A DNA stretch of 64,000 nucleotides from assembly GCA_965219955.1 (NCBI GenBank), contig OZ244799.1:2752001-2816000 (forward strand), read 5' to 3'. The DNA is from a bacterium (GTDB taxonomy: Bacteria > UBA8248). Position numbers and translations under genes: made by a program. Positions 9,144 to 18,905 of the stretch are shown here, one piece after another. The notes beneath the pieces are model-generated. The model was not told the origin of the DNA. It ran no database searches and saw only the letters and a program-made list of their open reading frames with translations. Numbering within the stretch: position 1 is the stretch's first letter; each line of letters opens with the position of its first letter.

Positions 9144-11947
9144 TGGTCGTCTCGATCGGCGCCGTCGCCGCCCCCGCCCAGGGCGCCTCCTACTACGAGC
9201 GCGACGGCTATTACGCCAAAGACGATCCCGCCCACAGGGAGGTGAGCGCATGGGCCGGCAGGGGAGCGGAGGACCTCGGCCTCACGGGTACGGTAGACCC
9301 CGATACCTTCCGCGCAGTTCTGGAAGGCCATGTGCCCGACGGTTCGGGGAGAAAGCTCGGGCGCAGGCGCAAGGACGGCGTCCTGGAGCACCGGCCCGGA
9401 CGCGACCTCACCTTCTCGGCTCCCAAGTCCGTCTCGCTCGCCGCGCTGGTGGGCGGCGACGCACGCGTCGTCGAGGCGCATGACCGGGCGGTCGAACGCA
9501 CCCTCGCCTGGGTCGAGGGCAACGCCGCCGAGACCAGGATCAAGGACCCGGAGACGGGACGCATGGTCCGGGCCGGGGATCAGAAAACGGTGGCCGCGAC
9601 CTTCCGTCACGACGCCTCGCGCAACCTCGACCCCCAGCTTCACACCCACGCGGTGCTGGCCAACATGGTCCGGGGGCCGGACGGGAAATGGAGGACGATG
9701 TCCAACGAGGCGCTCTACCGCAGCCAGAAGCTGATCGGCATGCTCTACAGGAGCGAACTGGCGCAAGGGCTGGGGAAGCTGGGCTACGCGATTGAGAAGA
9801 CGCACGCCGACGGGCGGTTCGAGGTTGCGGGCGTTCGCCGCGAGGTGATCGAGGCGTTCTCGACCCGGCGGGCGGAGATCGAGGCGGCGATGGCCGAGCG
9901 GGGTCTGGGAACGACGGCTGCGAACCAGCGCACAGCCGAGCGCGCGGCGCTCATGACCCGCGCCCGCAAGCGTGACGTGGACAAGTCCGCGCTCAGGGGT
10001 TTGTGGGAGAAACAGGCCGCGGACCTCGGGTTCGACGCCAGGGCCCATGCGGCCGAAGCAGTGTCCCGGGTCGCCGGCCTTGAAGGCAAAGGAGAGGCCC
10101 GGGAGACCGGTCCGGCCGGAGAGGCCGTCGAATGGGCCGTGTCGCATCTCGCGGAGCGCGAGGCCGTGTTCGCCCGCGCCGACGCGCTTGCCGCCGCGCT
10201 GGCCTGGCGGCCGGGCGCGGTGTCTGTCGAGGCGGCGGAGAGGGCGCTCCGCGATCTCGAAAGGGGGGGACGGCTTCACCCCGCGCCGGGGTTGCACGGG
10301 AGAGACGACCTGGCGACCGACAAGGCGCTGGCGGACGAGCGTGAGACGATCGGCCTGATGCGCGACGGCCAGGGCCGGGGCCGGGTGGCGATGCGCAGCT
10401 GGATCGCGCAGGCGTATCTGCACAAGGGAGCGCTGACGCAGGGCCAGAGAGAAGCGGTCAAACTCATCCTCTCGACCAGGGACCGCGTCGTCGGCGTGCA
10501 GGGCTATGCCGGGACCGGCAAGACCACCATGCTCAACCGCGCCCGCGTGTTACTGGAAAAACGCGGGTTCGAGGTCAAGGGCCTTGCGCCCTCGGCCTCG
10601 GCGGTCAAGACGCTCGGAACCGAGGCCGGGATCGAGAGCGAGACGCTGCAGCGTTTCCTCGCGCGAAACGCCGGCGTGGCCGGGGAAAGGCTCACCAGAA
10701 AGGCCGAGAAGCAGATGCGCGCAGCCTGGAGCAAGACGGTACTCGTGGTGGACGAAGGCTCCCTCGCCTCCACCCTGCAGGCCCGCGACCTCCTGCGGGT
10801 CGCCCGCGCCCTGCGCATCCCCAGAGTCGTGCTGGTGGGCGATGAGAAACAACTCGGAGCCGTGGACGCCGGCAAGCCCTTCGCGCAACTGCAGCAAGCC
10901 GGCATGAAGACCGCCGTGATGGACGACATCCTCCGCCAGCGCGACCCGGATCTGAAAGCCGCGGTCGAGGCGAGCCTCGCCGGCGAGATCGGACGCGCGT
11001 TCGAGAAGCTGGGATCCAACGTCGCGCAGGTGAAGGCCGACAACATCGCGGGCGCGGTGGCGGCGCGCTGGCTCGCGCTCTCGCCCGAGGCGCGCGAGAA
11101 CACAGGCGTCATGGCGCCCAGTCATGAACTTCGCCAAAAGATCAACGCCCATATACGGGAGCGTCTCGCGCGCGATGGCAGTATCCACGGCCCCGCCTTC
11201 AGGTGCGAGCGGCTCGTCTCTCGCGGTTATACGAACCCCGAGAAATCACTCGCCGCGAACTACGCCCCGGGTGACGTCGTGGCCTTCCACCGTCCCTACA
11301 AGCGCCTGGGCGTCGAGAAGGACGACGAACTCCGCGTCGCGGGCGTGGATCACGAGAACCAGGCGGTGGTGCTCGAAGGCAAGGACGGCGGGAGCGTCTT
11401 GTGGAAGCCCGGGCGGATCGCCGGGCGGTCGGGCGGCGCCGAGGTCTACCGGGCCGAAGGCATCGAACTTCGCTCCGGCGACCGTATCCGCTGGACCCGC
11501 AACGACAGGAAACTCGGGCTGGTCAACAGCCGGACTGCCGAGGTCACGGACGTGAGAGGCGACCGCGTGAGCTTCCGACTCGAAGACGGGCGCAGGCTTG
11601 AACTCAGGCAAGACGAGCCGCAGCTGCGCCACCTCGACCATGCCTGGGCCTCGACCGTGCACGCCTTCCAGGGCCGGACCGTCGACAACGTGATCGCCGC
11701 GATGCAGGCCAACCACCCCCACCTCACTACGCAGAAGAGCTTCTACGTCGAGATCAGCCGCGCCCGGGACCGGGCGGAACTCGTGACCGACGACGCAAAG
11801 GCGTTGCGCGAGCGGCTTGAAACGGCCACGGGCGAACGGGTTTCGGCGCTCGAGGGGATTGGTAGCAAGCCGAGGGTGGCGGAGAAGGAGAACGAAGCGC
11901 CGGGAATGGAGAGGAGGCGGGATGGGCGCGGGATGGAGATATCCTGA
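9143..11947 (+). CDS. traI: MOBF conjugative relaxase-helicase (TraI/TrwC family)
   Basis: SYYERDGYY, DLTFSAPKSVS, HDASRNLDPQLHTH; RecD-like helicase motifs GYAGTGKTT and VVDEGS. TGATG coupling to traD. Confidence 0.95.
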   Translation: MVVSIGAVAAPAQGASYYERDGYYAKDDPAHREVSAWAGRGAEDLGLTGTVDPDTFRAVLEGHVPDGSGRKLGRRRKDGVLEHRPGRDLTFSAPKSVSLAALVGGDARVVEAHDRAVERTLAWVEGNAAETRIKDPETGRMVRAGDQKTVAATFRHDASRNLDPQLHTHAVLANMVRGPDGKWRTMSNEALYRSQKLIGMLYRSELAQGLGKLGYAIEKTHADGRFEVAGVRREVIEAFSTRRAEIEAAMAERGLGTTAANQRTAERAALMTRARKRDVDKSALRGLWEKQAADLGFDARAHAAEAVSRVAGLEGKGEARETGPAGEAVEWAVSHLAEREAVFARADALAAALAWRPGAVSVEAAERALRDLERGGRLHPAPGLHGRDDLATDKALADERETIGLMRDGQGRGRVAMRSWIAQAYLHKGALTQGQREAVKLILSTRDRVVGVQGYAGTGKTTMLNRARVLLEKRGFEVKGLAPSASAVKTLGTEAGIESETLQRFLARNAGVAGERLTRKAEKQMRAAWSKTVLVVDEGSLASTLQARDLLRVARALRIPRVVLVGDEKQLGAVDAGKPFAQLQQAGMKTAVMDDILRQRDPDLKAAVEASLAGEIGRAFEKLGSNVAQVKADNIAGAVAARWLALSPEARENTGVMAPSHELRQKINAHIRERLARDGSIHGPAFRCERLVSRGYTNPEKSLAANYAPGDVVAFHRPYKRLGVEKDDELRVAGVDHENQAVVLEGKDGGSVLWKPGRIAGRSGGAEVYRAEGIELRSGDRIRWTRNDRKLGLVNSRTAEVTDVRGDRVSFRLEDGRRLELRQDEPQLRHLDHAWASTVHAFQGRTVDNVIAAMQANHPHLTTQKSFYVEISRARDRAELVTDDAKALRERLETATGERVSALEGIGSKPRVAEKENEAPGMERRRDGRGMEIS

Positions 11948-12064
11948 ACGATTTCCGTGTCTTTTTGATGGAAAGGCAACCTTGAGGTGCTTCGAAACCT
12001 TACGCTTGACGAACGCCGGATTTGCCAACATAATTGTTTCCAACAATATTGCTGGAGGATTGCA

Positions 12065-13318
12065 ATGTCACTTAGGAAGGCGGGGTCGAACTGGGTAGAG
12101 GGGGAGCGGTTCTATGACCGCGAAACCGAACTCGAAGCGCTCATGGAGCGAGTGCAGGACGGGACCCATACGTTGCTGACCGCACAGCGGCGGATGGGCA
12201 AGACGAGTCTGGTTCGGGAATTGCTGCGGCGGCTGAAGGAAGAAGGCCGGTTCGATACGATCTTCGTCGATCTGGAGGCTGCCGACGCGCCGGAGGACGC
12301 CGTCGCCGAGATCGCGGTCCGGTCGACGTCTGCGCACAGCGCCTGGGAGCGGATCAAGTCCCGGTTTGCCAACGCTCTGCGGGAAGTTATCGACCGGGTA
12401 GACACGCTGAGCCTTTCGGACCTGCAGGTGAAACTGCGCGCCGGTATCGACAGCGGAAACTGGCGTCAAAGAGGCGACGAGGTATTCTCAGCTCTCGCCG
12501 GGAATGACCGGCCGGTAGTCCTCGCAATCGACGAGTTACCGATACTCGTCAATCGCTTGCTCAAGGGACAAGACTATATCGTCACACCTGAACGAAAACA
12601 GGCGGCGGACGGGCTCATGAGCTGGCTTCGAAAGAACGGCCAAGAGCACAAAGGCCGGATCACGCTGCTCCTCTCTGGCAGCGTGGGACTGGAGCCGATT
12701 CTGCAGCAGGCCGGACTCAGCGCCCATGCGAACATCTTCTCCCCGTTCGACCTCAAGCCCTGGAGCCGTGAAATCGCCTCGAACTGTCTCGCTGCTCTGG
12801 CGGAGACATATTCTCTCGACCTTTCACCGGAGGTGCGGCGAGATATGTGCCGCCGACTCCGGTGGATGGTCCCCCACCATGTTCAGCAGTTTTTCGATTG
12901 CCTTCACGAGCACCTGCGACGCGCTGGGAGAAACAAGGCTTCCTTGGAAGACGTGGAACTCGTGTATGCCGGCGACATGCTCGGAACGCGTGGACAGGCA
13001 GATCTCGATCATTACGAAGGCAGGTTGAAGACGGTTCTTGGGGCCGACCTCTATCGGCTCGCGCTCGAACTGTTGACCGAGGCGACGGCACATGACGGCA
13101 AGCTGGGTGACGAGGCCGTTGAGCAGTACCGGCGACATTTCCCCGCTCCGGACGATGCCGGCCGCCCGTTGGTCGAGGGTGTGCTGCACGTTCTCGAGCA
13201 TGACGGATATCTGGAGCGGCGAGACGATGGCTACCGCTTCCTCTCCGGTCTGCTTGAGGACTGGTGGCGCGCCCGCCACGGTGGCAGTTTCATTCCCATC
13301 GGCCGGCGTCTGCTCTGA
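12065..13318 (+). CDS. P-loop ATPase (archaeal-ATPase/STAND-like) with C-terminal winged helix
   Basis: FYDRETEL, Walker A AQRRMGKTS, Walker B LAIDELP. GGAGGA RBS. Confidence 0.8.
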   Translation: MSLRKAGSNWVEGERFYDRETELEALMERVQDGTHTLLTAQRRMGKTSLVRELLRRLKEEGRFDTIFVDLEAADAPEDAVAEIAVRSTSAHSAWERIKSRFANALREVIDRVDTLSLSDLQVKLRAGIDSGNWRQRGDEVFSALAGNDRPVVLAIDELPILVNRLLKGQDYIVTPERKQAADGLMSWLRKNGQEHKGRITLLLSGSVGLEPILQQAGLSAHANIFSPFDLKPWSREIASNCLAALAETYSLDLSPEVRRDMCRRLRWMVPHHVQQFFDCLHEHLRRAGRNKASLEDVELVYAGDMLGTRGQADLDHYEGRLKTVLGADLYRLALELLTEATAHDGKLGDEAVEQYRRHFPAPDDAGRPLVEGVLHVLEHDGYLERRDDGYRFLSGLLEDWWRARHGGSFIPIGRRLL

Positions 13319-13333
13319 ACGGGAGGCGAAAAG

Positions 13334-16300
13334 ATGAACGCCGTCGCCAGAAAATACAATCCGGGGTTTCTTTCCGACGAGGAGATCGTGGCATCGTTCT
13401 GCGTTCGGACGAGCGAGTTCGAATCGATCGTCGAGATGCTGCGTGAATGCACCGAAAGTTCAAACCCGCACCAGCTCGTGATCGGCCCGCGCGGTAGCGG
13501 AAAAACCAGTCTGCTCCTTCGCGTCGCGGCCGAAATACGGCGCGATGCCGCGTTGGCGTCGAGGTTCTTCCCGATCGTCTTCGCCGAGGAGAGTTATGAG
13601 GTTTCCACCGCCGGGGAGTTCTGGCTGGAATGCCTCTCCCGCCTGGTCGTCCAAGCTCCGCGCAGGGAGGGCGGTCCAGATCTGCATCGTGCCCATGATG
13701 AGCTGAGTAAAGTTTCCGACGACTGGACGCTTGGGGAGCGCTGCCTCGGCGCGCTGCTCGATTTTTCGGATCGCGAGGGCAAGCGGCTCGTGCTGCTCGT
13801 GGAGAACCTGAACGCGATGTTCCGGGACATGACGGACCCGGACGCGGGATGGCGGCTTCGAAAAGTCCTTCAGAACGAGCCTCGGATTGTCCTGCTCGCT
13901 AGCGCGACGAGCAGGTTCGAGCAAATCGACGATCCCGAGCAGGCCCTGTACGACCTATTCCGAACAACCTCGCTTCGCCCTCTGGAAACGGAGGAATGCG
14001 CTGTTTTGTGGAAAACCGTCTCCGGACGGGAGCCGCGGAGGGAGACGATCCGGTCCTTGCGTATCCTCACGGGCGGCAACCCCAGGTTGTTCGTGATCGC
14101 GGCCCGTTTCGGAGCCGGCCTGTCCTTTCGCTTACTGATGGCGGATCTGCTCGACCTTGTCGATGACCACACCGAGTATTTCAGGAGCCATCTCGAATCG
14201 CTGCCGCCGCAGGAAAGGCGAGTCTATCTGGCGCTCGCCGATCTGTGGAAGCCGGCGACTACGAAGGAGATCGCGGACCGGGCCCGGCTCGATACGAACA
14301 GGTGCAGCGCGCAACTCGCCCGCCTCGACGAACGGGGCATCGTGGAGGTCGCGGGAGGCACTGCACGGCGCAAGCAGTATTATCTAACCGAGCGCATGTA
14401 CAACATCTACTATCTGCTGCGTCGCCCCCGAGGGCCGGACCGTCTGGTCGATTCGCTAATCCGTTTCATGGAATCGTTCTACTCACCGCGTGAATTGCGC
14501 GACATCGGGGTCGGAATCGCCCGCGAAGCAAAGAACCTCGATGGGGAGATGCGAGTGTTGCACGAGACCGCATTCGCAAATCTGCTGGCGTTGCCGGCGC
14601 TGGCCGAGCATCGGATGGAACTGCTTGAAATGTTTCCCATGGATGTATCGGGAATTTCTTCCCAAGGCCCGGCGTTTCCAGACGGAACGAAACCGGGGTG
14701 GAGCGGCGCGGAAACGTCTCCCCTGAACAAGGTTCCGGTTCACTCTGGTTCGGACGGGTCCCCGGAGGCTATCGCTCAAAAACTCCTCGAAAAAGGCGCC
14801 GCGCTAAGCGGGCAAAACCGATCGGAGGAGGCCCTCGAGGTCTTCGACGAAGTGCTCAGCCGGTACGGGGCGAGCAAGAAGCCTGCCCTTATCGATTCGA
14901 CTGCCAAAGCCCTCCTCAGAAAGACGGAAGCATTCTGGATGTTGAAACGTTTCGAATATGCGGTTGAGGCTTGCGAAGAGGTCGTGCGTCGATACGGGTC
15001 GGTCGAGGCGCCCGCTCTCCGTGAAACGGTCGCGTTGGCCATGTCCAACAAGGGGATCGCGCTTCGTGAACTGAACCGGCCGGAAGAAGCGCTGGCCGCC
15101 CACGCCGAGGTCGTGCGCCGGTACGGGGCGAGCGAAAACCCGGACGTTCTCGTGACGGTCGCTAAGTCGCTTTGTGAGAGAGGACTCATGCTGGGCAGGA
15201 TGTCCCGGTTTCAGGAAGCGCTCGCGGTGAGTGACGAAATGAAACGTCGATTTGGAGAACACAAGGCAACGAACATCGTCATACATGTCGCCAAGAACCT
15301 CTGCGACAAGGGGACGATACTGAACAACCTGAATCGTCCGGAAGAAGCGCTGGCGGTATATGACGAAGTAGTGCGCCGATATGGGGCGATCGACGATCCG
15401 ACTCTGCATGAGATAATCGCGATAGCCCTCCTCAACAAGGGTGCAACGCTCGGCGACCGGGATCGACCCAAGGACGCTCTCGCCACCTTTGAGGAGGTGA
15501 TGCGCCGCTTCGGGACGAGCAAGGAACCGGCCATTGTCGCCTCGGTCGCGTTGGCCATGTCCAACATGGGGTTCTCTCTGAGCGTATTGGAGCGAACAGA
15601 GGAAGCCATGGCGACGTATGACGAGATTGTGCGCCGATATGAGACGAGCGATCAATCGAACGTTCTCGAGGTGGTCGGAAAAGCGCTTCTCAACAAGGGG
15701 AAGGTGCTCGACACTTCAAACCGCCCGAAGGAAGCATTGGCGGTCTTCGACGAAATTCTTGCTCGCTTCGGAGCGGATGTGGCGCCCGGCCTTCGCGAAA
15801 CGGTCGCGACGGCTCTGTGCAACAAGGGCATCGCGCTCGGCAATTCCGGCAGACACGAAGAAGCAATAGTGATCTATGACGAGGCGGTTCGACGTTTCGG
15901 AGCCTCTGTGGAACTCGTGCTTGTCGAGATGGTCACGAAATCCCTCCTCAACAAGGGCTACGCGCTCGGCGCGTTGAATCGGCCGGAAGAGGCGCTGGCG
16001 TCTTATGATGAAGCGATACGTCATCCCGAAGAGATTGTGAAACCATCCATTCTTGCGCTGGTTGCGCATGCTCTCGTCAAGAAGGGTCTCACGCTTGTCG
16101 GCCTGACGAGACTTGAGGAGGCCCTGTCGAGTTATGACGAGGCGATACGTCGATTTGGAACGAATGGCGATTCTTCCGTATTTGGGCTGGTCGCGCAGTC
16201 TTTTCTCAACAAGGGCGTTGCTTTAGCCTCCCTGAGCCGTTTTGAGGAGGCGCTCGAAGCCTGTGACGAAGTGGTGCGCCGTTATGGAGGAAGCGAGGCG

Positions 16301-18049
16301 AACAGCCTTCGCGAGACGGTCGCGAAAGCCCTCGTCAACAAAGGACATATTCTTCTCGCGTCGACTCGACCGAAGGAGGCCCTGTACGTCTGTGACGAAG
16401 TGGCGCGGCGTTTCGGGGAAAGCGACGCGCCGGTTCTGGTTCACATGGCGGTGGACGCCTTACATCTCAAAGGCGACGCTCTCTTGGGGTTGAATCGGCC
16501 GAACGAAGCGCTCACCGCTTTCGATGAGTCGTTGCGCCGCTCTGAAGGAGCCGAGGAAACAGCCGTTCCAGGTCTCGTGGCGAATGCTCTTCTTGGCAGA
16601 GGGCTCGCCTACGACAGGTTAAACCGGCCCGACGAAGCGCTGGCGGCTTTCGAGGAAGTCGTGCGCCGGTTCGGAGAAAGTGAGACCCCGCTCGTTGGCG
16701 CTGCGGTCACTGTGGCGCTGACGGTGAAAGTACCCCTGCTCGACAGCGCCGACCGGCACCGGGATGCTCTGGACGCGCACGAAGAGCTGGTGCGGCGTGT
16801 GGGTGAGGAAGCGCCCGAGTATCATGAGTTGATTGAACGCTCCCTAATCGGGAAAGCGGATTTCGAGCTGGTCTGCGGAAGGCATGAATCGGCGATCGAA
16901 GCGGCAGAGACGGCGCTTGGGAAATGTCTTCCCGCATCGGTGGAAAACCGGTTGCGGGCTCACTTCATCCGCGCGAAGGCGGCCCTCGCTGGCGGCGATG
17001 CACCCGGATGCGAGCGGGACATCGAGACGATCCTCAAGGAGCTTCCGGACCTTGGGAGTATTCCAAAGGAGCACCTTCATGCATTGATGGAGTTCGGCAT
17101 CCGACTCGGACCGGAGCGAATGCGGGAGCTTATCGAGGTTTCCCCTTCGGCGGATCTCCTTTTGCCGCTCACGACCGCGCTGGCGCAGGAAACGGGAGAG
17201 CGGCCCCGGGTGGCCCGGGAAGTGGAGGAAGTCGCCCGAGATATCCGAAAGGAACTACAAGCACTGGGGAAAAACGCTGGCGATCGAAACCGATATCCGG
17301 ATGATGACGAACACATAAGGACACAGCTGCGAACCAGCGGGATAATCATCAGGGACAAGAAAAATCGGGTGCTGCCGATAAGAAAGGACCCGGTTCGGTT
17401 GGCGGTGGTGGGCAAAAAAGGTGAAAAATCGAATTCCTGGAAAATCTGGATGGAAAAAGATGGTGAAATATATTTTTCAATCCGGGACAACAATCCTGGA
17501 TTCAAAGTGAGTTTACATAAATCCGGAAAGCAGCACATTAAAATGGGAAGTAAGTATTGGGGACAATGGTTCGAACCTGATATCTATGCAGGACCGATGA
17601 TTGCGACTTCGGCCAAATTGGTTTTCCCGGCCTGGGGAATGAGAGAAGCTGAAAGAATGAGCGAAGAAGACAAGGATATCTGGGAGGGTAACGAGATAGA
17701 AATAGAGGCGCCCGAAGAAGGGAGACTGATTACGCTCAAAGCGTTCATCAGAGTGGAGGGCCAGAGGCTGAGGCAAGTAGACGGAAAAAGTGAAACATTG
17801 GCGATATGGCGGCGTGAGGACGGAAAGGAAGCGCATTTGATCGTCTGCGAAGAAGCCGAAAGAAATATGAAAGATGTCGTGAAAAGGGTATTGGAAAACA
17901 AGGCGTTTCTCACGAATATCAAGGAAAATATGGGAGAGGATGCTTTGGATGAGGAACGGGCATTTACAGTAGCGATGGGAGGCCCGGCAGAAGAAGGGGG
18001 GAATTACGTGCTCACGGTTTCGGCGAAATTCAAGGCCGAAGAAGAATAG
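13334..18049 (+). CDS. ATPase-wHTH-TPR protein with an extra C-terminal domain
   Basis: Walker A GPRGSGKTS, Walker B-like LLVENL, TGGNPR, HTH segment, then about 15 ~46-aa TPR-like units (NKG..L..LNRPEEALA.YDEVVRR.G). Confidence 0.85.
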   Translation: MNAVARKYNPGFLSDEEIVASFCVRTSEFESIVEMLRECTESSNPHQLVIGPRGSGKTSLLLRVAAEIRRDAALASRFFPIVFAEESYEVSTAGEFWLECLSRLVVQAPRREGGPDLHRAHDELSKVSDDWTLGERCLGALLDFSDREGKRLVLLVENLNAMFRDMTDPDAGWRLRKVLQNEPRIVLLASATSRFEQIDDPEQALYDLFRTTSLRPLETEECAVLWKTVSGREPRRETIRSLRILTGGNPRLFVIAARFGAGLSFRLLMADLLDLVDDHTEYFRSHLESLPPQERRVYLALADLWKPATTKEIADRARLDTNRCSAQLARLDERGIVEVAGGTARRKQYYLTERMYNIYYLLRRPRGPDRLVDSLIRFMESFYSPRELRDIGVGIAREAKNLDGEMRVLHETAFANLLALPALAEHRMELLEMFPMDVSGISSQGPAFPDGTKPGWSGAETSPLNKVPVHSGSDGSPEAIAQKLLEKGAALSGQNRSEEALEVFDEVLSRYGASKKPALIDSTAKALLRKTEAFWMLKRFEYAVEACEEVVRRYGSVEAPALRETVALAMSNKGIALRELNRPEEALAAHAEVVRRYGASENPDVLVTVAKSLCERGLMLGRMSRFQEALAVSDEMKRRFGEHKATNIVIHVAKNLCDKGTILNNLNRPEEALAVYDEVVRRYGAIDDPTLHEIIAIALLNKGATLGDRDRPKDALATFEEVMRRFGTSKEPAIVASVALAMSNMGFSLSVLERTEEAMATYDEIVRRYETSDQSNVLEVVGKALLNKGKVLDTSNRPKEALAVFDEILARFGADVAPGLRETVATALCNKGIALGNSGRHEEAIVIYDEAVRRFGASVELVLVEMVTKSLLNKGYALGALNRPEEALASYDEAIRHPEEIVKPSILALVAHALVKKGLTLVGLTRLEEALSSYDEAIRRFGTNGDSSVFGLVAQSFLNKGVALASLSRFEEALEACDEVVRRYGGSEANSLRETVAKALVNKGHILLASTRPKEALYVCDEVARRFGESDAPVLVHMAVDALHLKGDALLGLNRPNEALTAFDESLRRSEGAEETAVPGLVANALLGRGLAYDRLNRPDEALAAFEEVVRRFGESETPLVGAAVTVALTVKVPLLDSADRHRDALDAHEELVRRVGEEAPEYHELIERSLIGKADFELVCGRHESAIEAAETALGKCLPASVENRLRAHFIRAKAALAGGDAPGCERDIETILKELPDLGSIPKEHLHALMEFGIRLGPERMRELIEVSPSADLLLPLTTALAQETGERPRVAREVEEVARDIRKELQALGKNAGDRNRYPDDDEHIRTQLRTSGIIIRDKKNRVLPIRKDPVRLAVVGKKGEKSNSWKIWMEKDGEIYFSIRDNNPGFKVSLHKSGKQHIKMGSKYWGQWFEPDIYAGPMIATSAKLVFPAWGMREAERMSEEDKDIWEGNEIEIEAPEEGRLITLKAFIRVEGQRLRQVDGKSETLAIWRREDGKEAHLIVCEEAERNMKDVVKRVLENKAFLTNIKENMGEDALDEERAFTVAMGGPAEEGGNYVLTVSAKFKAEEE
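14770..16850 (+). repeat. Tandem TPR-like coding repeats (~138 bp unit)
   Basis: Periodic CTCAACAAGGG / GAAGCGCTGGCG / GTGCGCCG motifs in the DNA, matching the protein periodicity. Confidence 0.8.
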
Positions 18050-18467
18050 AAGGTACTTTGATAAGGTGGTCGCACTCTCGATATGACTAGCGGCAACCCT
18101 CGGTTGCGTACGGGACGCTACGCCCGTCCCGTTCTCGTGGCCCTTCATGGAGGTGTTTGGGCTTGCGATCTAGAAGATTGCGCATCGGTGTAGCGCATCG
18201 CTAGGCTGCTTAATATGGACTTCGAGGATTTGGCGGATATCTTCGCAGTGCACGACATCCGATGCGCAATCATACTGCGATGCGCCATGTCCCGACTCCA
18301 AGGCGCCGTACTGGTAGATACCAACGACATACTGAAAGCCCACCAGACAAGATCGGGCCGGCCTCGCGTCGAGTGGTATTCGGGATGAACACTGCTTCTG
18401 TCTCGATCTTATTGGCGGTGCAGATCGTCCATGCGTTCGTGATCCGCGCGTCTGAGTACCAAGCCTG

Positions 18468-18763
18468 GACGAAGCGCCGCCCGGCATCATCAAGGCGATC
18501 GAGACCTGCTTCACGCGCTCGGAGCGACGGCGGCCTACCAGATCCTTTCGCGCACCATCGCCCGGGAACTGGCCGAGGGAGTCTCTAGGGACTACGAGTC
18601 TGAACTGCCCGATACCGTGTCGTGCTTCCGCGGCGACTTCGAAGCCTGCATCTGGCCGACATGATCGCCGACGTGAGGTTCACCGATGGGGTGGACGTAA
18701 AAGAAACGGGTAGGAGGGCTGCTGGATTCAGGACGGCCATATACCAGATTTTACAGTAACTCC
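18468..18763 (+). pseudogene. IS256-family transposase remnant with right end
   Basis: Fragments PGIIKAIETCFTRSER, AAYQILSRTIARELAEG...CFRGDFEACI and LADMIADVRFTDG lie in shifting frames, followed by an end-like sequence. Confidence 0.6.
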
Positions 18764-18905
18764 CAACCTCAATCTACATTGGCAAAGAAATGTGGTAGCA
18801 GGTATGGTCTGAATCAAGGATTTCATGAGCCCGCCCCAGAAGCTATTCGAAAAACTATGGCCTGTTTTCGGATTAACTTCTTTCTGAATCGGTGTTGGGT
18901 ATAGT

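Noticed and set aside
14770-16850. Periodic repeats as a CRISPR array or DGR template
   Set aside because: The repeats are degenerate, in-frame TPR codons; no spacers, cas genes or reverse transcriptase are present.
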